A stretch of DNA of 32,000 nucleotides from Candidatus Saccharimonadota bacterium. Lineage in GTDB: Archaea; Micrarchaeota; Micrarchaeia; Micrarchaeales; Micrarchaeaceae. Position numbers and translations under genes: made by a program. Positions 1-6,736 of the stretch are shown here, one piece after another. The DNA is taken from the NCBI GenBank assembly GCA_963698035.1, contig OY969114.1, positions 240,001 through 272,000 on the forward strand. Direction: 5' to 3'. How positions within the stretch are numbered: position 1 is the first letter of the stretch; every line of letters begins with the position of its first letter. The notes under the pieces were generated by a model. That model was not told the DNA's origin and searched no databases. It worked only from the letters and a program-made list of their open reading frames with translations.

Positions 1-577
1 TCATTGAGAAGTGGTATATCAGATAGATGACAACCACAAAGACTGCTATTGCGAAGAGCACGACCAGTCCGCTCTTCGCCGAAAGGAAGTAGAACCCGAA
101 TGCCATCAGCACGACATCCCATATGAAGGTCCCTGCTATCGAGTATGCAAAGAACCTCTTCGGTGCCATCCTCGCGAAGCCTGCGGGGAAGCTCATCCAC
201 GTCCTTACTATTGGAATCATCCTAGATACGAAGACAGTTGTGTTGCCATTTCTTGCGAACCAGTCGTCGAACCTGTCGAGCGACTCCCTCCTTATGTGGA
301 AGAGGTGCAGATGCTTGTAGACGACCTCTTTTCCAAGGAAGTAACCTATGTAGTAGTCGATCGCGAGGCCTCCTATACTGCCGAGCAGCGCGGCCGCCAG
401 TGCAATGTAGAAGTTCATCAGCCCTTTCTGGACAAAGAGCCCCGCAAGGGGCAGCACCACCTCGCTCGGCACCGGCAGGGACGAACCCTCAAGGAGCATC
501 AGGCCAAATACGGCGAAGTACCCATATAGATGGAAGAGGCTGGTTATCGTCGCGTACGACGCGGTGAAGAGCTGCAT
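1..577 (-). CDS. DedA/SNARE-associated family membrane protein (C-terminus runs off the left window edge)
   Basis: Absent from the ORF track because it has no in-window stop. Manual minus-strand translation from ATG 577..575 gives MQLFTASYATITSLFHLYGYFAVFGLMLLEGSSLPVPSEVVLPLAG...NTTVFVSRMIPIVRTWMSFPAGFARM.... This matches the DedA pattern (LEG..LPxPSE and R.IP..R...S.PAG). The + ORFs 11..529 and 238..567 are antisense shadows. Confidence 0.8.
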   Translation of the reverse strand, partial: MQLFTASYATITSLFHLYGYFAVFGLMLLEGSSLPVPSEVVLPLAGLFVQKGLMNFYIALAAALLGSIGGLAIDYYIGYFLGKEVVYKHLHLFHIRRESLDRFDDWFARNGNTTVFVSRMIPIVRTWMSFPAGFARMAPKRFFAYSIAGTFIWDVVLMAFGFYFLSAKSGLVVLFAIAVFVVVIYLIYHFSM

Positions 578-677
578 GAACGTTGAGACTATGTCGAAAA
601 GCAATGGAACACCGGCAAGTCTATTTTGCTCGGCTAAATTAAATACTTTCGATGCACTGCATAATCAAGTGCTGAAG
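578..677. promoter_or_regulatory. Divergent intergenic promoter region (DedA / pelota), A/T box ATTAAATA at 638-645
   Basis: A 100-bp spacer lies between divergent starts. The TATA-like box sits about 33 nt upstream of the pelota ATG at 678. The same box-to-ATG spacing recurs at other genes in the window. Confidence 0.35.
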
Positions 678-1703
678 ATGAAGGTAGTAAAATTCTATGA
701 AAGCAGCGGAGCGCTCAAGCTGAGAGCGGACAGCATGGAGGACCTCTGGGCTATACAGAGGATAATCTTCGTGGGCGACCTCGTCAAGTCGGAGAGCGTG
801 AGGCGTTTCAAGGGCAGCGAGAAGGACACCGGCGAGCTCAAAGACGTAGTGATAAGGCTGAGGGTTGAGAAGACCGAGCTCGACAAGAATGCCGCGCGCC
901 TGAGGATAATGGGAAAGATAGTGGAGGGGAGACCCCTCGAGTATATCAGGCTGAACAGCTACCACACCCTCAACATAGCGCCCGGTGATACTCTTGAGAT
1001 AACCAAAGTGGAGTGGCACGATTACCTGATACAGGTGATAAAGAACGCGGTGAGGGACTCGAAGAAGCCGAGGCTTGGCATAATAGCGCTCGATGACGAG
1101 AAGGCGCTTCCCGCATACCTCTATGGCTACGGGATCGACTTCAAGGATGAGATATACAGCAGACTAAGCAAGAGGATGAGCCCGAAGGACTTCGCTGAGC
1201 AGCAGGTGAAGTACTTCAACGAGCTTATCAAGCTTGCTGGGGACATGAGCGCCGACATAATAGTGATGGCGGGCCCGGGTTTCACCAAGGACGAGCTGAA
1301 GAAATATGCGGAGACGAAGGGGCTCCTGAAGAAAATCCCGAAGAGGTTTTTCTTCTTCAAGATAAGCAACGTGGAGCGGTCCGGGATCTACGAGCTCATA
1401 AGAAGCGAGGACGTCTCGGAGCTGCTGGAGGGCGAGAGGATAAGACAGGAGTTCAGGCTTATGGCCGAATTCCTTGAAGGGCTTGGCTCGGGAAGGTCAA
1501 AGTCGGGCGAGAAGGAGGTCAAGGAGGCGATAGAGAACTACTCAGCAAAGACGATACTTGTCAATGACTCTGTGCTGAGCGACCAGAAGATGAAGGAGCT
1601 GCTCGCTCTTGCTGAGAAGGCAGGGCTGAAGATAGAGATATTTAACTCCGAGGACGAGCTCGGCAGGCAGCTGCATTCATTCAAGGATGTAGCCTCGATC
1701 TGA
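678..1703 (+). CDS. pelA: Pelota (Dom34-type) ribosome rescue / mRNA surveillance factor
   Basis: ORF 564..1703. The family-typical N-terminus MKVVKFYESSGALKLRADSMEDLWAIQRI begins at the internal ATG 678. It has a three-domain eRF1-like layout and ends in the pelota-typical KDVASI tail region. Confidence 0.9.
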   Translation: MKVVKFYESSGALKLRADSMEDLWAIQRIIFVGDLVKSESVRRFKGSEKDTGELKDVVIRLRVEKTELDKNAARLRIMGKIVEGRPLEYIRLNSYHTLNIAPGDTLEITKVEWHDYLIQVIKNAVRDSKKPRLGIIALDDEKALPAYLYGYGIDFKDEIYSRLSKRMSPKDFAEQQVKYFNELIKLAGDMSADIIVMAGPGFTKDELKKYAETKGLLKKIPKRFFFFKISNVERSGIYELIRSEDVSELLEGERIRQEFRLMAEFLEGLGSGRSKSGEKEVKEAIENYSAKTILVNDSVLSDQKMKELLALAEKAGLKIEIFNSEDELGRQLHSFKDVASI

Positions 1704-2168
1704 TCAGTGGATTACCCTCTGGCTTGTGAGATTCACAACCTCCCTTATAGTCTGCAGGTTGGCAGAGAGCCCCAACACCCCCACCACATCCGCTATCTCA
1801 GACTCCGTCGCATCCAGGCCATTCACGAGAATGAAGTAGTAAGCATAAGCATAGATTAGATGGTTCTTTATGCCTGCGCCCAGCACTAGATCTACCATCT
1901 TCGGGTTCGGCTCCAGATGTATTACCTTCAGTACGTTGGTAAGGCTCTCCTTGGTTATTTCACGACCGGCGAAGCTCAGGAAGGCAGCCGCAAACAGCAC
2001 GGACATAACACCGTCCTTCACATGGCTCCTGACGTCTTCGTTCGAGAGCGCCTTTTGGAGCTCGGCTATGAGTAGTTGCGCGCATGTGTCGGCAACCGCC
2101 TTCACTACCGACTCCGCGGCGCTATACTGCTCAGCCACATCGGGGCTTACCTGCTTCATCTCGTCCAT
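1704..2168 (-). CDS. Hypothetical protein with two ribosomal-stalk P1/L12-N-terminal-like repeats and no acidic tail
   Basis: ORF 1704..2210; the likely start is MDEMKQ at 2168. LFAAAFLSFAGREITKESLTNVLKVIHLEP resembles the archaeal P1 N-terminus (..LLLHSAGKEITEENLKKVLEAAG..). A second, weaker copy is YAYAYYFILVNGLDATESEIADVVGVLGL. The similarity is judged by eye only. Confidence 0.6.
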   Translation of the reverse strand: MDEMKQVSPDVAEQYSAAESVVKAVADTCAQLLIAELQKALSNEDVRSHVKDGVMSVLFAAAFLSFAGREITKESLTNVLKVIHLEPNPKMVDLVLGAGIKNHLIYAYAYYFILVNGLDATESEIADVVGVLGLSANLQTIREVVNLTSQRVIH

Positions 2169-2357
2169 TCTCCCACCCAAAAGCAAAATGCGCCTCCCTT
2201 CAGGGCGCATTCACCCTTTCCGATTATTATATTGGTTTTGAGATATTTACAGGTATTCTTCCGGCGTGACATACGTCTAACTGAGTTGCTGCAGTAAACA
2301 TCCATCCCCAAACGGGGATTTCATTGTTTCTTCGCCAGCTCTTGCCCCGTTTGTACG

Positions 2358-2433
2358 GCTTTGCTAATAAAGTATCAAATCTGCTAATTTAGTCTGCTAA
2401 TAAATTGACTTTTTTAGCAAAGCTCGTTTGTAC
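2358..2433. promoter_or_regulatory. Repeat-rich putative operator in a 420-bp non-coding gap
   Basis: There is a perfect 10-nt inverted repeat: GCTTTGCTAA (2358-2367) and TTAGCAAAGC (2414-2423). Three direct TGCTAAT copies lie at 2362, 2382 and 2395. CGTTTGTAC is duplicated at 2348-2356 and 2425-2433. The region lies upstream of the wHTH regulator gene. Confidence 0.35.
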
Positions 2434-2630
2434 AATACATTTAAATATTTTACAGCACGTTGAATAATTGACGCTTAATACGCGAATGGAAATGTGGTGT
2501 CGATGCAGGAACAAGCGCTGCGAATGGACTTTTGCTATACTGTTATAGGCAGCGCAAGCATCGTCATGTGGGACTGCAAGAATACACCGCTCTTCCATTT
2601 GGACGCGTGAACATCTTAAAAAAATCTTAG

Positions 2631-3020
2631 GTGTTTTCGATGGTCCAAATGGAAACTAGTGTTAGGTTAAGCCTTGAGTCGATGCTCTCGAGGCGCGAGC
2701 AGCTCGTCCTGATAGAGATAGGCCTTGACAGTGTGAGCACAGCCTCGAGCTTCGTCGAGTACATGAGCGACTCATACTGCATATCCAAGAGCTCGCTCTG
2801 GTACACACTCAAGAGGCTGAAGGAGAGGGGCTTCCTCGATTTTGCTACGAAAGATGAGCGGGGTAAGAGCCTTGAGCTGACCAAATCGGGAAGAGGCAGC
2901 CTGCAGCTCGTAGAGCACAGCAGAAGCGACATACTTAGGTACTTCAGCGGCGCTGCGATGAGCCGTTTTGTGGGGGCGCGGAATTACGCAGCGCTAGCAG
3001 GGCTCGGAGCCCTGGGATAG
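2631..3020 (+). CDS. Winged-helix (MarR/PadR-like) transcriptional regulator
   Basis: 129-aa ORF. The wHTH-like segment is STASSFVEYMSDSYCISKSSLWYTLKRLKERGFLDFATKDERGKSLELTKSGR (recognition helix, then a beta wing). The start could be one of the internal Met codons (MVQMETS). Confidence 0.65.
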   Translation: MFSMVQMETSVRLSLESMLSRREQLVLIEIGLDSVSTASSFVEYMSDSYCISKSSLWYTLKRLKERGFLDFATKDERGKSLELTKSGRGSLQLVEHSRSDILRYFSGAAMSRFVGARNYAALAGLGALG

Positions 3021-3040
3021 ACTCGGGTGGAGAATGGACA

Positions 3041-3062
3041 GATGGTCGGCATCCCGACCATC
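3041..3062. terminator. Perfect 9-bp hairpin between convergent genes, followed by a T-rich run
   Basis: GATGGTCGG (3041-3049), loop CATC, CCGACCATC (3054-3062), then TATTTTAT. It sits between the stop of 2631..3020 (+) and the stop of 3062..3385 (-). Confidence 0.45.
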
Positions 3063-3385
3063 TATTTTATCGCGCCTTCAGCCCTGAGCATGCGCATCTT
3101 CATCCTTGTCCCGCCATTTGAGTAGTTTCCTATGGAGCCGTCGCCCCTTATTACCCTGTGGCAAGGTATTGTCGGAGCAAGGGGATTTTTCCTCATGACG
3201 CTGCCGACCGCCCTTGCGGCGCCAGGATGACCTGCCATCTTTGCAAGTTGGCCGTAGCTTATAGTCTTTCCTCTTGGTATGGACTTTGCCGCAAGAAGGA
3301 CCTTTATCTCGAACTCGCTCATTCCCATCCTCTTGAGCTCCCGCCTCATTCTCGCATTGCTGCCTCGCATATCAAAGAACCTCAA
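3062..3385 (-). CDS. ogt: Methylated-DNA--protein-cysteine methyltransferase (single-domain Ogt/MGMT)
   Basis: The active-site motif is IPCHRVI, with upstream YGQLAKMAGHPGAARAVGSVMRKNP. At 107 aa it corresponds to the catalytic/DNA-binding domain only. Confidence 0.85.
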   Translation of the reverse strand: MRFFDMRGSNARMRRELKRMGMSEFEIKVLLAAKSIPRGKTISYGQLAKMAGHPGAARAVGSVMRKNPLAPTIPCHRVIRGDGSIGNYSNGGTRMKMRMLRAEGAIK

Positions 3386-3426
3386 AAAGGATTATTAACC
3401 TTATCTGGTCTTCTCTATTTGATAAG

Positions 3427-4350
3427 ATGGCTGTGCGAGCGAAGGGAATGAAGGTCTGGCTTGACGGAAGGTTCATAGGCTACGAACTGGCGAAGGTCTC
3501 GATACTGACGCATTCGCTGCAGTATGGGAGTGGCATATTCGAGGGGATACGCGCGTATCCCACAACGGGGGGTCCCGCCATATTCAGGCTGGACGACCAC
3601 ATAGCCAGGTTCTTCAGGAGCATAAAGATATATTCGATGCCGATTCGGTACACTCCGGAGGAGATGCACAGCGCGATAGTGAAGCTCGTGAAGATGAACA
3701 AGCTCGATTCATGCTACATACGCCCCTTCATATTCTACAACTCGCAGGATATAGGCATAGGGACCCGCGGGAAGCACAGCAGCGTCTTCGTGGCGACGGT
3801 GCCGATGGGCGCGTATTACGGGGCAGCGAAGGTGAAGGGACTGCGCTGCAAGATCTCTTCTTGGAGGAGGATAAACTCAAGTATATTGCCTGTCGAGGCG
3901 AAGGCGAGCGGCAACTACATAAACTCTATAATAGCCGGCAATGAGGCGGTGGCATCTGGCTTCGACGAGTCGATACTGCTGTCGTACAATGGTTACGTCG
4001 CCGAGGGGCCGGCAGACAACATTTTCATTGTCAAGTACGGGCACCTCATAACTCCGAATGCGAGCGCAGATATACTGATGGGGGTAACGAGGGACTCGAT
4101 AATACAGATCGCTGAGAGCCTGGGGCTTATAGTTGAGGAGAGGGAGACCCACAAGGAGGAGCTCTACTCTGCAGACGAGGTATTCTTCTGCGGAACTGCT
4201 GCAGAGATAACCCCGATAGTGAACATCGATGGGATAACGGTAGGGAACGGGAAGCCCGGCCCTATAACAAAGCTGCTATCTGAGAAATACGACAGTGTGG
4301 TAAGGGGCGAAAACCATGAATTCGGGGACTGGCTGACTCTGGTCAGATAA
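3427..4350 (+). CDS. ilvE: Branched-chain amino acid aminotransferase (class IV PLP enzyme)
   Basis: 307 aa. Motifs include HSLQYGSGIFEGIRAY, YIRP, EAKASGNY and EGPADNIFIVKYGHLITP, typical of IlvE. Confidence 0.9.
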   Translation: MAVRAKGMKVWLDGRFIGYELAKVSILTHSLQYGSGIFEGIRAYPTTGGPAIFRLDDHIARFFRSIKIYSMPIRYTPEEMHSAIVKLVKMNKLDSCYIRPFIFYNSQDIGIGTRGKHSSVFVATVPMGAYYGAAKVKGLRCKISSWRRINSSILPVEAKASGNYINSIIAGNEAVASGFDESILLSYNGYVAEGPADNIFIVKYGHLITPNASADILMGVTRDSIIQIAESLGLIVEERETHKEELYSADEVFFCGTAAEITPIVNIDGITVGNGKPGPITKLLSEKYDSVVRGENHEFGDWLTLVR

Positions 4351-4722
4351 TCAGAGCAGCTTTAGGGTTCCTGTAAACTGGTCTACCTCATCACCTTTCC
4401 ATGGCCCAACGCCGAGCGCGGTCTTCGTGCCGGGCGGCAGCTCAGTTAGTCCTGCATCCATCACCAGCGCGCACGGCACATTTTTGTACTGGAAGGCCTT
4501 GAAGAGCTTTATCAAAGCCTCTTCGCCGTCGACCTTCAGCACGATTTTCTTCTCACCTTCGTCGAGCCACTGCTTCGTTATCTTCTTATCTGCCCGCTCT
4601 GCCTCGAAGTAGCTCATGAGCGATGCGTGGCAGCCCTGCGCTACCATCTTCCCCTTCCCCATGTCCAGATCAGACCTGACTACTATCGCCTGCTTTATCT
4701 CGCCGGTGCTCGCCCTTGCCAT
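4351..4722 (-). CDS. pth2: Peptidyl-tRNA hydrolase, archaeal/eukaryotic type
   Basis: 123 aa. KQAIVVRSDLDMGKGKMVAQGCHAS...DAGLTELPPGTKTALGVGP matches the Pth2 family pattern. Confidence 0.9.
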   Translation of the reverse strand: MARASTGEIKQAIVVRSDLDMGKGKMVAQGCHASLMSYFEAERADKKITKQWLDEGEKKIVLKVDGEEALIKLFKAFQYKNVPCALVMDAGLTELPPGTKTALGVGPWKGDEVDQFTGTLKLL

Positions 4723-4751
4723 GAAACTGCTTGGAAGCCAATCTTTTTATT

Positions 4752-5405
4752 TTAGTGTGGCTGCAGCCTCGCCATCTCTTTTTTCTTTCCTGTTATGAGC
4801 GGGGCAGCGATACGATCGGCATCTTCCCAATCCCTCGCGACGTGCAGATTGCCGTTTATGGCTTCGAAAAGGCGCGCAAGCAATGGGTTATAGTCCTTTT
4901 TCAGCACTATGGCTTCGACACCTTCCCTTGCAAGAACGAGCGCAACCATCGGATCATCCTCAATCATTACGGTTCCCTCCTTTGGGATGAGATCAGCTTT
5001 GCTCCCATTCAGGGCTATCTTGATGTGTGCGCCCTTGATGCCGTGGTCACAGAGCAGCCTGCCCATCCCGCTTGAGTAGAGGAATGGGTTCGATGTACAG
5101 ATTGCGACCCCCACACCATCGGCAGCCGTTCTGCGCATATGCGCAGCCGCATGCTCGTCTAATTTTAGTTCGTTTAGGTTTTTTGCCTCATCCACCATCT
5201 TCTTGAGCGCCGCGTTCCTGAAAGGCTTGAGCCTGAGTATGTTGAAGAGCCCTTCTGCACATGCTCTCCTTATTGCGCCGTGGCCCTCTGGAGGGAATCC
5301 TCTCTTCAGTCTGAGCGTTATGTCATCTACAGCAACGCCGTCGACATCATAGATTACGGTTGCGCGATCGAACTTCCACTTTTCCTGTTTCGCCATCCGA
5401 ACCAC
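4752..5405 (-). CDS. HAD-superfamily-like hydrolase (tentative)
   Basis: VIYDVDGVAV fits a DxDG motif I, ICTSNP a motif II Ser/Thr, and MIEDDP an acidic motif IV. The start may be GTG 5405 or ATG 5396. The function is inferred from motifs only. Confidence 0.5.
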   Translation of the reverse strand: MVRMAKQEKWKFDRATVIYDVDGVAVDDITLRLKRGFPPEGHGAIRRACAEGLFNILRLKPFRNAALKKMVDEAKNLNELKLDEHAAAHMRRTAADGVGVAICTSNPFLYSSGMGRLLCDHGIKGAHIKIALNGSKADLIPKEGTVMIEDDPMVALVLAREGVEAIVLKKDYNPLLARLFEAINGNLHVARDWEDADRIAAPLITGKKKEMARLQPH

Positions 5406-5456
5406 CTATAATGGCTCGCATGCTGCATTTAAATATGACGGAGTGGTATTCGTCGA

Positions 5457-6680
5457 TTGCCAAAGGGGCATGTAGCAGGGCTTGGGAAATTATTAATTAG
5501 CTGTATGAATAATATATCAGATATGATGCTCGATGAAAAATCTGCGGCCTTTGCAACCTCGCTCCTAAGGGAGTACTACAGGGGCGCAGACCTTGCAATT
5601 GAGAACGTGTCAGAGAGGGAGTTCGGATTCGGCAACTTCGAGACAAAGATAGCTTTCAGACACTACGCATTCAAGGACCTCTCCGCGTTGAGGAGGTACT
5701 TGGTGGCGAACGCGCCACCGTTCTGCGACGCGTCCAGTTCGCTGTACGCCTATCCTGACGCCAGGCCGATGGAGAAGAAGCAGTGGAAGGGCTCCCCATT
5801 GACATTCGACCTTGACGCAAGCGACCTGCGCCTGGACTGCCAGAAGGCGCATGGAAGCTCGTGGATCTGCCAGAACTGCCTTGACGAGGTAAAGGCGGAA
5901 ACAATAAAGCTGATAGAGGACTTCCTTGTGCCAGATTTCGGCTTCTTGAGGAGCGAGATAAATGTGAACTTCAGCGGAAATAGGGGATACCACGTCCACG
6001 TGAACAGCAAGGAGATATTCCTTCTTGATTCAAAGCAGAGACGCAAGATAAGCGAGTACATCTCCGGCACTAGCATGGACATTAGGAGGTTCTTCCCTAC
6101 GATCGGGCAGAGGGGCATGCGCCTGGTGGGGCCCAAGCCGTCCGAGCATGGATGGGGAGGGAAGCTTGCGCGCGGGTTGATAACCGCGCTCAACGGCGGC
6201 ACAGCGGCGATGACAAAACTGGGGATAGACGCGAAGATGGCGAAGAGGTTAGAGGCGCAGAAAGCGGAGGTCATCTTCGGCATAACTACAGGCAACTGGG
6301 ACAAGATAAACATACAGAAGAAGGGAGAATTCTGGAGCGCGGTGATGCAGAGGATGGCGATATCGCAGAGCGACTCGATAGACAGGAATGTGACCAATGA
6401 CGTCTACCATCTCATAAGACTTCCGGACACAATACATGGCGGCACCGGCCTCATCGCGAAGAGGCTCGCCTCGCCCTCGCAATTGGACAAGTTTGATCCT
6501 ATGCTGGAGGCGGTCGCATTCGGAAGTGGAAGTGGGAGCGCAAAGCTGCACATAGAGAGGGCGCCCAAGTTTTCAATCGGCGGGGAGGAGTACGGGCCAT
6601 ATGAGAACAGTGACGAGAACCTGCCGGCGTGCACGGCACTCTACCTTATCCTCAAGAGGCTCGGAAGGATTACCGTGTAA
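5457..6680 (+). CDS. priS: DNA primase small (catalytic) subunit PriS
   Basis: LTFDLDASD and NFSGNRGYHVHV are catalytic motifs of archaeo-eukaryotic primases. A Cys cluster (CQKAHGSSWICQNC) forms a zinc knuckle. The track start 5457 is TTG; ATG 5505 (MNNISD) or the MML codons at 5523/5526 are more likely. The A/T box ATTTAAATAT is at 5427-5436. Confidence 0.9.
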   Translation: MPKGHVAGLGKLLISCMNNISDMMLDEKSAAFATSLLREYYRGADLAIENVSEREFGFGNFETKIAFRHYAFKDLSALRRYLVANAPPFCDASSSLYAYPDARPMEKKQWKGSPLTFDLDASDLRLDCQKAHGSSWICQNCLDEVKAETIKLIEDFLVPDFGFLRSEINVNFSGNRGYHVHVNSKEIFLLDSKQRRKISEYISGTSMDIRRFFPTIGQRGMRLVGPKPSEHGWGGKLARGLITALNGGTAAMTKLGIDAKMAKRLEAQKAEVIFGITTGNWDKINIQKKGEFWSAVMQRMAISQSDSIDRNVTNDVYHLIRLPDTIHGGTGLIAKRLASPSQLDKFDPMLEAVAFGSGSGSAKLHIERAPKFSIGGEEYGPYENSDENLPACTALYLILKRLGRITV

Positions 6681-6736
6681 ACTGGTATGCTTTTTATTTG
6701 TATGCAGTAGAATAGTCTACTATTTGCGAGGATTAG

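Noticed and set aside
11-567. Plus-strand ORFs 11..529, 123..320 and 238..567
   Set aside because: Their translations are compositionally odd (His/Cys/Arg-rich). They lie antisense to a clear DedA-family reading frame on the minus strand that runs off the window edge, so they are shadow ORFs.
2389-2598. 69-aa minus-strand ORF in the 2211-2630 gap
   Set aside because: It has no recognisable motif, sits in AT-rich repeat-bearing DNA, and has no upstream promoter-like box in a sensible position. I treat the region as non-coding or regulatory.
5750-6397. Long antisense ORFs opposite well-supported genes, such as 5750..6397, 7697..8224, 14750..15268, 17590..18081, 19980..20552 and 28031..28660
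   Set aside because: In each case the opposite strand carries recognisable family motifs (PriS, membrane protein, TruD, GT2, ABC ATPase, transketolase). The antisense translations have no motifs and skewed composition.
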